This document shows positions 26,928 to 35,680 of a DNA stretch of 61,204 bases, one piece after another. The translations under genes and the position numbers were made by a program. A model generated the notes under the pieces. The model did not search any database, was not told the origin of the DNA, and saw only the letters and a program-made list of their open reading frames with translations. This stretch comes from Candidatus Dormiibacterota bacterium (GTDB lineage: Bacteria > Chloroflexota > Dormibacteria > DASZGP01): assembly GCA_035938265.1 (NCBI GenBank), contig DASZHA010000040.1:1-61204 (forward strand), in the 5' to 3' direction. How positions within the stretch are numbered: position 1 is the stretch's first letter; every line of letters begins with the position of its first letter.

Positions 26928-27377
26928 ATGGCCAGTGAAACATCTCCCCCCACGCCCCCGGCAGATCCGGCCCCGCACGGTGAACCAATGCTGATCGGTG
27001 AAACACCGCCCACCGAGTTCGACCTCGGCTTCCTCGTCGGGGTCCTGGTCGGGGAGGGCCACTTTGGCGGCGACGGCCGCCAACCCCAGGTCACCCTGCG
27101 CATGCACACCCGTCACGAGCGGCTCTTTCAGTGGCTGCAGCGGAGGTTCCCGGGTGGCCGCCTCTACGGTCCTTACCACCATGGCGGCCGCAGCTACTAC
27201 CAGTGGATGGTGCGCGGCGAATACCTGCGCACCCAGATGGTGCCCCTTTTGGCCTCCCGGCTGGAGGTCCTCGACGAATACGCTGTGGGCCGCTTCCGGG
27301 CGATGTGCCGCGACTACAGCATCCCGATTCCCAATTCGGCGCCGGTTCCGGCCGGCGGCAGTCCAGGCTCCATATAA
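26928..27377 (+). CDS. Free-standing single-motif LAGLIDADG homing-endonuclease-like protein
   Basis: 149 aa. DLGFLVGVLVGEGHFGG matches the LAGLIDADG motif (compare GLIEGEGSF). It is followed by the expected beta-strand-type pattern QVTLRMHTRHERLFQWLQRRFPGGRLYG...YYQWMVRGEYL. The N-terminal 30 aa are Pro-rich. Confidence 0.65.
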   Translation: MASETSPPTPPADPAPHGEPMLIGETPPTEFDLGFLVGVLVGEGHFGGDGRQPQVTLRMHTRHERLFQWLQRRFPGGRLYGPYHHGGRSYYQWMVRGEYLRTQMVPLLASRLEVLDEYAVGRFRAMCRDYSIPIPNSAPVPAGGSPGSI

Positions 27378-27443
27378 TCCCAGCCATGCGCGACCTCCGG
27401 GGCCCTTCGTGTCCCTGAAGCAGCCTCGGGATCCCTGACCTCT

Positions 27444-28037
27444 TTGACCAGCCTCTACGAGCCGGTCGTCGACGCTCCCGCGCGGCCGAAGCAAAAGTCC
27501 TTCCTTCGCGACCTCCTCGAGGTTGTCGTCCTGGCGCTGGTCCTGTACGTGCTCATCCAGTTCGCGGTCCAGACGATCCACGTGATGGGGCCGAGCATGC
27601 AGAACACACTCCAGAACAACGACTTCCTGATCGCCTCCAAGGTCAGCTACAAGCTCCACGACCCGCAGCGCGGCGACATCATCATTTTCAAGCCCAACAA
27701 CGACGCCAGCAACGACTACATCAAGCGCATCATCGCCGGGCCCAATGACCGGCTCAAGATCAGCAAAGGGCAGGTCTTCATCAACGGGCAGCGTCTCAAG
27801 GAGGACTACCTGCCCGAGGCCTGGACCTGGTCGGATACGTGGAACAACGGCAACGAGGACACCGTGCCCGCGGACTCCTATTTCGTCATGGGCGACAACC
27901 GCAACCATTCCACCGACTCCCGCTTCCTGGGCTACCAGAAGAAGGACCAGTTCCTGGGCAAGGCCTGGGTGCGGATCTGGCCCCTCAGCCAGTTCAGAGT
28001 GTTCAGCCCCGACTCCCAGCTCGCCAGCGCCAACTGA
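27444..28037 (+). CDS. lepB: Signal peptidase I
   Basis: GPSMQNTL (catalytic Ser box), GDIIIFKP, YIKRIIAGPNDRL (Lys box), YFVMGDNRNHSTDSR. Confidence 0.95.
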   Translation: MTSLYEPVVDAPARPKQKSFLRDLLEVVVLALVLYVLIQFAVQTIHVMGPSMQNTLQNNDFLIASKVSYKLHDPQRGDIIIFKPNNDASNDYIKRIIAGPNDRLKISKGQVFINGQRLKEDYLPEAWTWSDTWNNGNEDTVPADSYFVMGDNRNHSTDSRFLGYQKKDQFLGKAWVRIWPLSQFRVFSPDSQLASAN

Positions 28038-28093
28038 GGGGCGCCGCCGGGGTCAGACCGGGCAGCTCTCCAGGGCCTTGAGGTAGGCCTCGC

Positions 28094-28552
28094 TCAAGTC
28101 TCCTCCAGGATCCAGCGCTCGACCTCGCGGGTGTAGTCGAGCACCTCCTCCGGCCGGAAAAAGAGTGCCACCTCTCGCTTGGCTCGCTCGGGCGAGTCTG
28201 AGGCGTGGATGATGTTCATCCCGATGGTCAGGCCGTAGTCTCCCCGGATCGAGCCGGGGGGTGAGTCCTTGGGGTCGGTGGCGCCGACCAGGTTGCGAAC
28301 ATGGGCCACGGCATTGGGGCCCTGGGCGACCATCGCCACCAGCGGCGCGGACGTGATGAACCCCGACAGGCTGTCATAGAACGGCTTGTCGACGTGCTCG
28401 GCGTAGTGCTGGCGCGCCATCGCCTCGTCCATCCGCAGCATCTTCAGGCCGTGGACCCGCAGGCCCTTGCGCTCGATGCGGCTGATCACCTCGCCGATCA
28501 GGCCGCGCTGGACCCCGTCGGGTTTGATCAGGATCAGGGTTTCCTCAGCCAT
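28094..28552 (-). CDS. ndk: Nucleoside-diphosphate kinase
   Basis: ETLILIKPDGVQRGLIGEVISRIE...NIIHASDS (catalytic His). Confidence 0.95.
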   Translation of the reverse strand: MAEETLILIKPDGVQRGLIGEVISRIERKGLRVHGLKMLRMDEAMARQHYAEHVDKPFYDSLSGFITSAPLVAMVAQGPNAVAHVRNLVGATDPKDSPPGSIRGDYGLTIGMNIIHASDSPERAKREVALFFRPEEVLDYTREVERWILEET

Positions 28553-29834
28553 TGCCGCTCCACTCTATGAGGTCGGTCAAAGCGCGCGGATCCTTGATCG
28601 GGCCGATCGCCGCCAGGACCAGGGGCTGCTCGGCGTACGTCTGGTGGGCGACGCGGCGGACGTCCTCGCTGGTCACGGCGTCGATCTGGTCGATCAGCTC
28701 GGCGGGCTCGAGGATCTCGCCGGTCAGGATGTGCTGCTCGCCGAGGTAAGCGGCCATCGCCCCCGTGCTCTCGAGGCGCAGCAGCAGCCGGCCCTTGACG
28801 TAGTTCTTGGCGCGGGTCAGCTCCTCCGAGTCCACCGGCTGGTCGCACATCTTGCGAATCTCGGCCATCACCTTTTCCAGCGCGTCGCTGGCCTTGGCCG
28901 GCTCGGTGCCGATGTAGGCGCCGGCCGCGCCGCTGTCGGCCAGGCGGGCGCTGAACGCGTGGATGTCGTAGGCCAGCCCGAGGCGCTCACGGATCTCCTG
29001 GAACAGGCGGCTGCTCATCCCGCCGCCCAGGATCGTGGTCATCAGGTCGACGGCGTAACGGTCGGGGTGGGTGTAGGAGATCGACCGCGTGCCGACCACC
29101 AGGTGCGCCTGTTCGGTGGGCCGGTCGAGGATGTTGACCGCGCCCTGGGTGAGGGGGAGCGCCGGGTCAAACGAGGGGGCCTCCTCGCTGGGCAGCTCCA
29201 GCTTCTCGGTCAGGTAGTCGCGGACCCGGACGTGGTCGACGTTGCCGGCCACCGCGACCAGCAGGTCTGAGGCCAGGTAGTGCCGGCGGACGTGCTCCCG
29301 CATCGTATTCACCGTGATCCGGCTGACGCTGTCGGGGGTGCCCGCCACGTCGATCCCCAACGGATGGTTGGGCCACAGGATCTCCTCAAAGAGCGTGTGG
29401 ACGTGGTCGGCGGGGGAGTCGAGGTACATCCGCAGCTCCTCGAGGATGACGTCCCGCTCCTTCTCCGCCTCCTCGGGTTCGAAGCGCGGCCGCTGCACGA
29501 TGTCGGTGATGACGTCGACGGCGCGCTCCAGCTGGTCGCCGGCCACTCGGGCCCAGTACATCGTCAGCTCCTTGTCGGTGGAGGCGTTGAGGTCGCCGCC
29601 GATGCCTTCGATGGACTCGGCCACCGCCATCGCGGTGGGGAAGTGCTCCGAGCCCTTGAAGACCATGTGCTCGACAAAGTGACTTACGCCGGCCAGCTCC
29701 GGTGGCTCGTAGCGAGAGCCGATCTTGAACATGAAGGCGATGCTGACCGAGTTGCGCTCACGCAGTGGCGCGGTGACCAGGCGAGCGCCGCCACTGAGGA
29801 CCTCGAGGGTGTGACCGGTGGCGTTGACTACCAC
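28545..29834 (-). CDS. M16-family (insulinase/pitrilysin-like) zinc peptidase
   Basis: Inverted zinc motif HFVEHMVFKGSEHF. 429 aa. Overlaps the ndk start by 8 nt. Confidence 0.9.
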   Translation of the reverse strand: MVVNATGHTLEVLSGGARLVTAPLRERNSVSIAFMFKIGSRYEPPELAGVSHFVEHMVFKGSEHFPTAMAVAESIEGIGGDLNASTDKELTMYWARVAGDQLERAVDVITDIVQRPRFEPEEAEKERDVILEELRMYLDSPADHVHTLFEEILWPNHPLGIDVAGTPDSVSRITVNTMREHVRRHYLASDLLVAVAGNVDHVRVRDYLTEKLELPSEEAPSFDPALPLTQGAVNILDRPTEQAHLVVGTRSISYTHPDRYAVDLMTTILGGGMSSRLFQEIRERLGLAYDIHAFSARLADSGAAGAYIGTEPAKASDALEKVMAEIRKMCDQPVDSEELTRAKNYVKGRLLLRLESTGAMAAYLGEQHILTGEILEPAELIDQIDAVTSEDVRRVAHQTYAEQPLVLAAIGPIKDPRALTDLIEWSGNG

Positions 29835-29916
29835 GCTGGCCGCCCGCCATCCGGATGCAACATCGCGGAATTCTAGCCGCCGGGTCTCTGGGCCGCGCGC
29901 GAGCTAGGCTACGGGC

Positions 29917-30258
29917 GTGAGCCGGACCCACCCGATGGGTGACGAGGGACTCCACCTGGCGGTGGAGAAGCTGCGCGACACGACTACGGATGCCGTCGGC
30001 CACCTGGCCGACCTCGATGCCGAGGACGACCTCGAGGAGTTCGGCCGCATGCTCGACCGCCTCGTCGAGACCAGCGGCGAGCTGCTGGCGCAGGCCGACG
30101 CCGCCGATGCCGGCCTTCATTGGCGGCAGGCGCTGGACGCGGCCCTGGCTCACCTCCGCGAGGCGCGCGACCTGCTCGATGACGGCGAGCCCTCCGACGC
30201 CGTGGCCCTCGAGGTCATGGCAGCGGGCGACGTGCTCCAGCTCCGGCTGGCGGACTAG
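29917..30258 (+). CDS. Hypothetical acidic helical protein
   Basis: 113 aa, high GC3, Asp/Glu/Ala/Leu-rich helical sequence. I recognise no family. ATG 29935 is an alternative start. Confidence 0.5.
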   Translation: MSRTHPMGDEGLHLAVEKLRDTTTDAVGHLADLDAEDDLEEFGRMLDRLVETSGELLAQADAADAGLHWRQALDAALAHLREARDLLDDGEPSDAVALEVMAAGDVLQLRLAD

Positions 30259-30971
30259 CCCTCCGACCAGGCCCGCCAGCGGGCGGCCACGTCGACGATG
30301 TCGTCCTCTCGCTTGGCGCGCAGGATCTTGCCGGTGACACGGCCCATCCCCGCCGCCATCGCCAGGCGGCGGCGCCCCTCCCAGTTCATGGCGCCGTTGC
30401 CCTCGACCAGGAAACCGCGCTCCCGGACACGGATGTAGTGGTACTCCCCGGCGTCCCGGAAACGCGCCGCCACCTGGTCCCAACCGCTGATCTCCACCGA
30501 GTCGGGGTCGGCCGTGAGGCTGTCAGCCAGGTCGTCGACGGCGATGGGGATCAGGTGCAGGTGGGCGTGGGGCACGGTCTGCCCCGCCACCCCGTTCTCC
30601 CACAGCAACGGCTCGAGGCCGTACTCGCCGCGGATGAAGCGGCTGGCCTCGTCGACCAGCCCGGGCAGCTCGGCCCGCACCGCGTCGGGCGCCGACCCCA
30701 TGCACAGCTCATGGTTGCGGGTGATGACCAGCAGGTGGCCGGGCATCAGGGGGTAGAGGTCGGGGATCAGGGCCAGGCGATCGGTCTGCAGCAGGGCGGC
30801 GGGGTGTGCCGCCTCGGCGCAGAAGACGCAGTTGGCGACCGTCCCGGCGTCAGGCGGCGAGCCGGCCTTATCGACGGGAGTCGCGTCCCCCAAAGCCGCG
30901 TCCGCCGTAACCACCGCGCCCACCATCGCGCCCGCCTTCACGCCGCCCGCCGCGCCCGCCGAAGCCGCCAC
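30255..30971 (-). CDS. HIT-family (histidine triad) protein with C-terminal extension
   Basis: CVFCAE...LIPDLYPLMPGHLLVITRNH...GQTVPHAHLHLIP (HxHxHxx). The start is uncertain (ATG 30971, ATG 30926, GTG 30914 or TTG 30893). Every candidate overlaps the 3' end of jag. Confidence 0.8.
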   Translation of the reverse strand: MAASAGAAGGVKAGAMVGAVVTADAALGDATPVDKAGSPPDAGTVANCVFCAEAAHPAALLQTDRLALIPDLYPLMPGHLLVITRNHELCMGSAPDAVRAELPGLVDEASRFIRGEYGLEPLLWENGVAGQTVPHAHLHLIPIAVDDLADSLTADPDSVEISGWDQVAARFRDAGEYHYIRVRERGFLVEGNGAMNWEGRRRLAMAAGMGRVTGKILRAKREDDIVDVAARWRAWSEG

Positions 30972-31656
30972 GGCCTCCCCGGTCGCCGCCCGGGGCGCGG
31001 GTGCCGAAGTCGACCACTCGGTCGCTGCGCACCTCCTTGGGGGTGATCACCACGCGCCGGTCGGGGCCCTCGCCCTCGCTCTCGGTGCTGACGTCAGGGT
31101 CGTCGGCCAGCGCCGTGTGCACGGCGCGGCGCTCGTAGGCCTGCATCGGGTCCAGTCCGATGCGCTCCTGGTTTCGCTTCGCCCGGTCGGCCGCGCGCCG
31201 GGCCAGCTCGCGCACCGAGTCCTCGCGGCGGGCACGGTAGCGCTCGACGTCGATGACCACCGGCTCGGCCTCGTCCATGTTCTGCCGCACGATGGTGTTG
31301 ACCAGAAGCTGCAGCGAGCGCAGGGTGTCGCCGCGCCAGCCTATTAGCAGGCCCAGGTCCTCGCCGCGGATGTCGATGATGGCCGGGCCCTCGTCGTGTC
31401 CCTCGAGACGGTGCTCGACCTCCGCCTCGATGCCCATCCGCTGGAGCAGCTCAACCAGCACCTGCTCGGCCTGGAGGGCGTTCTCGCGCAGCACCGTGAC
31501 CCGGATCTTGGCGGCGGTGGAGGTCAGGCCCAGGGCGCCCCGGCCGGGCTCCTCGAGGACCTCAACCTCGACGCGTTCAGGGGGAACGTTCAGCTGCTGG
31601 AGGGCGGACTCAAGGGCCTCCTCGATCGTCTTCCCGGTGATCTCTATCGACGGCAT
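30868..31656 (-). CDS. jag: Jag/KhpB RNA-binding protein (Jag_N, KH, R3H) with Arg-Gly-rich C-terminal tail
   Basis: Track ORF 30868..31893. ATG 31656 is preceded by GAGGAG. MPSIEITGKTIEEALESALQQL (Jag_N), a KH region, and R3H (MQAYERRAVHTAL...RRVVITPK), followed by GGDRGGRGGFGGRGGRREGGRDGGRGGYGGRGFGGRDSRR. Confidence 0.9.
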   Translation of the reverse strand: MPSIEITGKTIEEALESALQQLNVPPERVEVEVLEEPGRGALGLTSTAAKIRVTVLRENALQAEQVLVELLQRMGIEAEVEHRLEGHDEGPAIIDIRGEDLGLLIGWRGDTLRSLQLLVNTIVRQNMDEAEPVVIDVERYRARREDSVRELARRAADRAKRNQERIGLDPMQAYERRAVHTALADDPDVSTESEGEGPDRRVVITPKEVRSDRVVDFGTRAPGGDRGGRGGFGGRGGRREGGRDGGRGGYGGRGFGGRDSRR

Positions 31657-31729
31657 CGGCTGTCTCCTCGCTTCATTTGGCACGCCCCCCGGGCGTCGGC
31701 CCCAATGGTGGACCTGGTTCGATCCCTGG

Positions 31730-32752
31730 CTAGCGGCGTCCTCGCCGGCCCGAAGCCTGCTTCTTGCGGCGCTTGACCCGCGCCGCTGCTGCGGCCTCGG
31801 CCTCGTCCGCCTCCGCCTGGGTCGGCGTCCGCTTGGCCACCACGTCGGCGCCACTCGGGGCCTTGCCGTTCTTGCCGTTCCTGCCCGCGGCATCGGTCAC
31901 ACCGCGCCTGCCGTCGCGAAGGTTGCGTCTGTCGGAGCCGGGCTCGCCATCCTTGGGCTTGTTGCCCAGGATGGGGAGCTGGCCCCATCCGTTGACCGTG
32001 TACTGCTGTCCGATGGAGAAGAGGTTGCTAACGATCCAGTACAGGACCATGCCCTGGAGGGCGTACCGCTGGAAGGCGAAGAAGGTGATCAGCAGCGGCA
32101 TCATGAAGCTCATCGACTGCGTGACCTGCTGCATCTGCGCGGCCTGGGGGTCGTCGGTGTCGGCCTTGGGCTGGGCCATCATCCGCGTCTGAACGAAGGT
32201 GGTGAGCCCGGCGAGCACGGGCAGGATCCAGGTCACGGGGTTGCTCAGTGATGCCGGGATGGCCAGGTTGAGCCCCATAAAGTAGGCGCTGACGTGGAGG
32301 CCCTCGAAGAAGTTGTGGTCGATGATCGCCTGGTAGAGCCCGATCAGGACCGGCAGCTGGGCCAGGGTCGGCAGGCACCCCGCCAGCGAGCTCAGGGGGT
32401 TGATGTTGTGCTGCTTGTACAGCGCCATCATCTCCTGGTTCAGCTTCTGCGGGTCCTTCTTGTACTTCTTGCGCAGCTCGGCCAGCTCGGGCTGGATCCT
32501 CTTCTGCTCCGCCTGGGTCTTCTTGGTCATCTTCAGCTGGGTCTGGAAAAGCGGGAAGAGCAGGAACTTGATCAGGATCGTGACAGTGATGATCGCCAGG
32601 CCGTAGGCGCCGATGACGTGGGTCGGGGGGAGGGCGTCATAGAGCTGGGCGAAGAAGCCGAGACCGATCTCAAAGGGGATCTTGAGGACCTTGGCGACGT
32701 TGCCAAGGAAGTCGCCGACCGGCTTCAGGAACTCGAGGGCGAGGAAGACCAC
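31730..32752 (-). CDS. yidC: Membrane protein insertase YidC (short form) with basic C-terminal tail
   Basis: AYGLAIITVTILIKFLLFPL...MQPELAELRKKYKKDPQKLNQEMMALYKQHNINPL. Synteny with yidD-rnpA-rpmH. Confidence 0.95.
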   Translation of the reverse strand: MVFLALEFLKPVGDFLGNVAKVLKIPFEIGLGFFAQLYDALPPTHVIGAYGLAIITVTILIKFLLFPLFQTQLKMTKKTQAEQKRIQPELAELRKKYKKDPQKLNQEMMALYKQHNINPLSSLAGCLPTLAQLPVLIGLYQAIIDHNFFEGLHVSAYFMGLNLAIPASLSNPVTWILPVLAGLTTFVQTRMMAQPKADTDDPQAAQMQQVTQSMSFMMPLLITFFAFQRYALQGMVLYWIVSNLFSIGQQYTVNGWGQLPILGNKPKDGEPGSDRRNLRDGRRGVTDAAGRNGKNGKAPSGADVVAKRTPTQAEADEAEAAAAARVKRRKKQASGRRGRR

Positions 32753-32780
32753 CTAGCTGATTTCCAGGTCAACAGTTGGG

Positions 32781-32999
32781 CTAGGGCACCGGGTCGTAGC
32801 CACCGACGGCAAACGGATTGCAGCGGGCGATGCGCCAGAGCGCCATGCGCCAGCCTTTGAAGAACCCATATTTGTGGATGGCCTCATAACCATAGTGCGA
32901 ACAGGTGGGGGTGTACTTGCAGCCCCCGCCGAGCAGCCCCAGAACCGGACTGAGAGTGAATTGGTATACCCGGATCAGGATCAGGGAAACTCGGGCCAT
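32781..32999 (-). CDS. yidD: Membrane protein insertion efficiency factor YidD
   Basis: Track ORF 32781..33341. The conserved 72 aa start at ATG 32999: [21 protein letters not shown]...[19 protein letters not shown]. Confidence 0.9.
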   Translation of the reverse strand: MARVSLILIRVYQFTLSPVLGLLGGGCKYTPTCSHYGYEAIHKYGFFKGWRMALWRIARCNPFAVGGYDPVP

Positions 33000-33007
33000 C
33001 GGCTTCC

Positions 33008-33337
33008 CTAGCTTATCAGGCTGCCGGTCAGCTCCCTGAGTTCGGCGTCGAGTTCGGCGAAGCTGGCGGAAGAGGCCTCCGGACGAGCCACCACGACCAG
33101 GTCGACGCCCTCGCGCGACGCCTGGATCAGGGGCCGGGCGGCCTCCCGAAGGCGCCGGCGGACGAGGTTGCGGCGGACCGAGCCACCGACCTTGGACGAC
33201 ACCGAGAAGCCGATGCGGGGATGGTCCAGGTCGCTGGCGGCGGCGTGCACCACCATGAGTCTGCCGTCGCGGCGACGCTGCGCGGAGTAGACGCGACGGA
33301 AGTCGGCGCCCCGGCGCAGACGGAAGTTGGCGTCCAT
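33008..33337 (-). CDS. rnpA: Ribonuclease P protein component
   Basis: 109 aa, basic, [13 protein letters not shown]...[23 protein letters not shown]. Synteny with rpmH. Confidence 0.9.
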   Translation of the reverse strand: MDANFRLRRGADFRRVYSAQRRRDGRLMVVHAAASDLDHPRIGFSVSSKVGGSVRRNLVRRRLREAARPLIQASREGVDLVVVARPEASSASFAELDAELRELTGSLIS

Positions 33338-33395
33338 GCAACCCAGTTTGGGACCAGGAGTCCTGCGGATCTAACCAGGCGCGGGATTGGAGGGT

Positions 33396-33551
33396 CTAGG
33401 GGATGGCCTTGCGGCCGCCCGGGGTCAGCTTGGCACGCCCCTTGCGGCGCCGGTTCTGGACCACGCGCCGACCACCGGGCGAGCTCATCCGGCTGAGGAA
33501 GCCGTGAACCCGCCGGCGATAGCGTTTCTTGGGCTGGAAAGTCCGTTTCAT
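33396..33551 (-). CDS. rpmH: 50S ribosomal protein L34
   Basis: Below the 60-aa cutoff, so not in the track. My translation is [51 protein letters not shown]. Confidence 0.95.
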   Translation of the reverse strand: MKRTFQPKKRYRRRVHGFLSRMSSPGGRRVVQNRRRKGRAKLTPGGRKAIP

Positions 33552-33606
33552 GATCAGTCAACTGCCGGCGCCGGCCGGCGAGCCCAAGAGTATATCCAGC
33601 CCCTGT

Positions 33607-33837
33607 CTAGGGGGTGCCGTTGGTGGAGTCGGCGCCCGCGCCGACGCCGACCACGCCCCCGACTCCCTGGGAGACGCTGCTGACCGCGCCGGCCGTGGTG
33701 CGGGCTGCTTCCAGCACCGTGTCCTTACGCTCGGACCACAGGTTGGTGACGACCAGCCGGCGCTCGGCACCGCGCTCCGGGTCCAGCAGGTACATCGCGA
33801 CAGCGCCCAGCACCGCACCAAAAATGATCTTTCGCAT
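33607..33837 (-). CDS. Small membrane-anchored protein (YtxH-like N-terminal helix) between rpmH and dnaA
   Basis: Track ORF 33607..33876. ATG 33837 is preceded by AAGGAG with 8-nt spacing. MRKIIFGAVLGAVAMYLLDPERGAERR, then a Gly/Val/Ser-rich tail. Confidence 0.55.
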   Translation of the reverse strand: MRKIIFGAVLGAVAMYLLDPERGAERRLVVTNLWSERKDTVLEAARTTAGAVSSVSQGVGGVVGVGAGADSTNGTP

Positions 33838-33981
33838 CTCGGTTACTCCTTCGCCAAAATCGGCTTTAGGCGACAATCCTAGCCGCCACGTCCGCGAACA
33901 GATTTTCCCTCTTGTGGGGGGGTCGGGTGGTTGCTATCATCGCCGCTCCCAACGGCTGGGCGAGGGCGCCGCGAATAACAG

Positions 33982-34046
33982 GTTGTCCACAGCCTGGGGA
34001 GTTGGCCACACGGCGATTTCCACACCTGTGGACAGACTGTGAATAA
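33982..34046. promoter_or_regulatory. Cluster of five DnaA-box-like 9-mers immediately upstream of dnaA
   Basis: TTGTCCACA (33982-90), TTGGCCACA (34001-09), TTTCCCACA (34016-24), TGTGGACAG (34027-35, reverse orientation) and TGTGAATAA (34038-46, reverse orientation). Consensus is TTATCCACA/TGTGGATAA. Confidence 0.7.
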
Positions 34047-34079
34047 CCTCAGGGGAGCTTTCAGGGGAGCCATCTGACG

Positions 34080-35444
34080 GTGCAAGAATCTAGCTCGGAG
34101 AACATCTGGCAGGCGGCCCAGGAGGAGTGGAAGTTCCAGATAGCCAAGCCCAGCTATGAGGCCTGGCTGAAAAGCGCCAACCTCCTCTCCCTGGACGGCC
34201 GGAAGTTCCACATCGGCGTGCCCACCAAGCTGGCCAAGGACTGGCTCGAGGACCGCTACTCGGCGGTCATCAAGGAGACCCTCAGCGCCATCATGGCGGG
34301 CGACGTGGAGGTGACCTTCGAGGTCACCAGCCAGGCCCTTCACACCGAAGAGGCCGGCGACCTCCAGGACGCGGCCGAAGCCGACTCCCCGGTGCTGGAG
34401 GAGCCCGACTACGACCCCGCTTCCAGCCAGCTCAATCCAAAGTTCGTCTTCGACAACTTTGTTGTCGGCCACAACTCGCGCTTCGCCCATGCGGCCGCCA
34501 GGGCGGTCGCGGACGCCCCCGGCGACGCTTACAACCCGCTGTTCCTGTACGGCGGGGTGGGACTGGGCAAGACCCACCTGATGCACGCCATCGGGCATGC
34601 GGTGATGAAGAAGAGCCGCAAGCGCAAGGTCGCCTACGTCACCTCCGAGCGCTTCATGAACGAGATGATCGAGTCGATCCGGCGCAACCAGATGAACGAG
34701 TTTCGCAAGCGCTATCGCAACTGCGACGTGCTCCTCATCGACGACATCCAGTTCCTGGCCGGCAAGGACCGCACCCAGGAGGAGTTCTTCCATACCTTCA
34801 ACGCGCTGCAGGAATTCAACCGCCACATCGTGATCAGCTCCGACAGACCGCCCAAGGACATCCCCACCCTGGAGGAGCGGCTGCGATCGCGCTTTGAGGG
34901 CGGGCTGATCGCCGACATCGAGCCCCCCGACTTCGAGACCCGCGTCGCCATCCTCAAGTCCAAGGCGGGGCCGCACAACCGGCTGATCCCCGAGGACGTC
35001 CTATCGTTTATCGCGCACAAAATCCAGCGCAACATCCGTGAGTTGGAGGGGGCGCTGATCCGGGTGCTGGCCTATGCCTCGGTAACGCACCAGCCAATGA
35101 CCACCGAGACCGCGGCGCGGGTGCTGGAGGACATCATCCCCTCGAGCGAGACGCGCACCTTATCGATCGAGTCGATCAAGCGGGTGGTGGCCAACTTCTA
35201 CGGCATCACGGTCGACGAGATGATCGGCAAACGGAGGGACCGCCACATCGTCTTCCCGCGCCAGGTGGCGATGTTCATCATCCGCGAGGAGACGGCGTCG
35301 TCCCTGCCCGCCATCGGCCACGCCTTCGGCGGCCGCGACCACACCACCGTGCTCCACTCCTACGAGAAGATCCACCAGGATTGCGACGACGACCCCCGGG
35401 TCAGCACCGAGATCACCAAGATCCGCGAGCTCCTGTATCAATGA
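34080..35444 (+). CDS. dnaA: Chromosomal replication initiator protein DnaA
   Basis: [21 protein letters not shown] (Walker A), [12 protein letters not shown], and C-terminal HTH region [15 protein letters not shown]. Confidence 0.97.
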   Translation: MQESSSENIWQAAQEEWKFQIAKPSYEAWLKSANLLSLDGRKFHIGVPTKLAKDWLEDRYSAVIKETLSAIMAGDVEVTFEVTSQALHTEEAGDLQDAAEADSPVLEEPDYDPASSQLNPKFVFDNFVVGHNSRFAHAAARAVADAPGDAYNPLFLYGGVGLGKTHLMHAIGHAVMKKSRKRKVAYVTSERFMNEMIESIRRNQMNEFRKRYRNCDVLLIDDIQFLAGKDRTQEEFFHTFNALQEFNRHIVISSDRPPKDIPTLEERLRSRFEGGLIADIEPPDFETRVAILKSKAGPHNRLIPEDVLSFIAHKIQRNIRELEGALIRVLAYASVTHQPMTTETAARVLEDIIPSSETRTLSIESIKRVVANFYGITVDEMIGKRRDRHIVFPRQVAMFIIREETASSLPAIGHAFGGRDHTTVLHSYEKIHQDCDDDPRVSTEITKIRELLYQ

Positions 35445-35680
35445 CGACCGCGTCTGTCCCCAGCCGGGTGTTGGAAACGGGCCGCGACCTGTTGGCGCGG
35501 CGGACAACCCTGCACGAGGCGCACAACCTGTGCGCCGGCACCGATTTGTCCCCCGTCAGCGCACCTATAATTTTTGACGGTTGGAACTCAAGGGGATGGC
35601 TTGTCCGGGATTTCCACCGCTCTTCTCCTACTACTCGTATTAATCATCAGAAGCGTCTCAGTAAAGGGGTGGTGTAAACC
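35445..35680. other. dnaA-dnaN spacer: candidate oriC/DNA-unwinding region
   Basis: 236-nt spacer with locally low GC. AT-rich blocks TATAATTTTTGA (35566-77) and TACTACTCGTATTAATCATCAG (35629-50). Degenerate box-like TTGTCCCC, TTGTCCGGG and TTTCCACCG. Confidence 0.45.

Noticed and set aside
26847-27908. 353-aa minus-strand ORF spanning the LAGLIDADG and lepB region
   Set aside because: It overlaps the unambiguous signal peptidase I gene in antisense. The product has no recognisable domain.
33879-34976. 365-aa minus-strand ORF opposite dnaA
   Set aside because: It is antisense to dnaA and is a shadow ORF.
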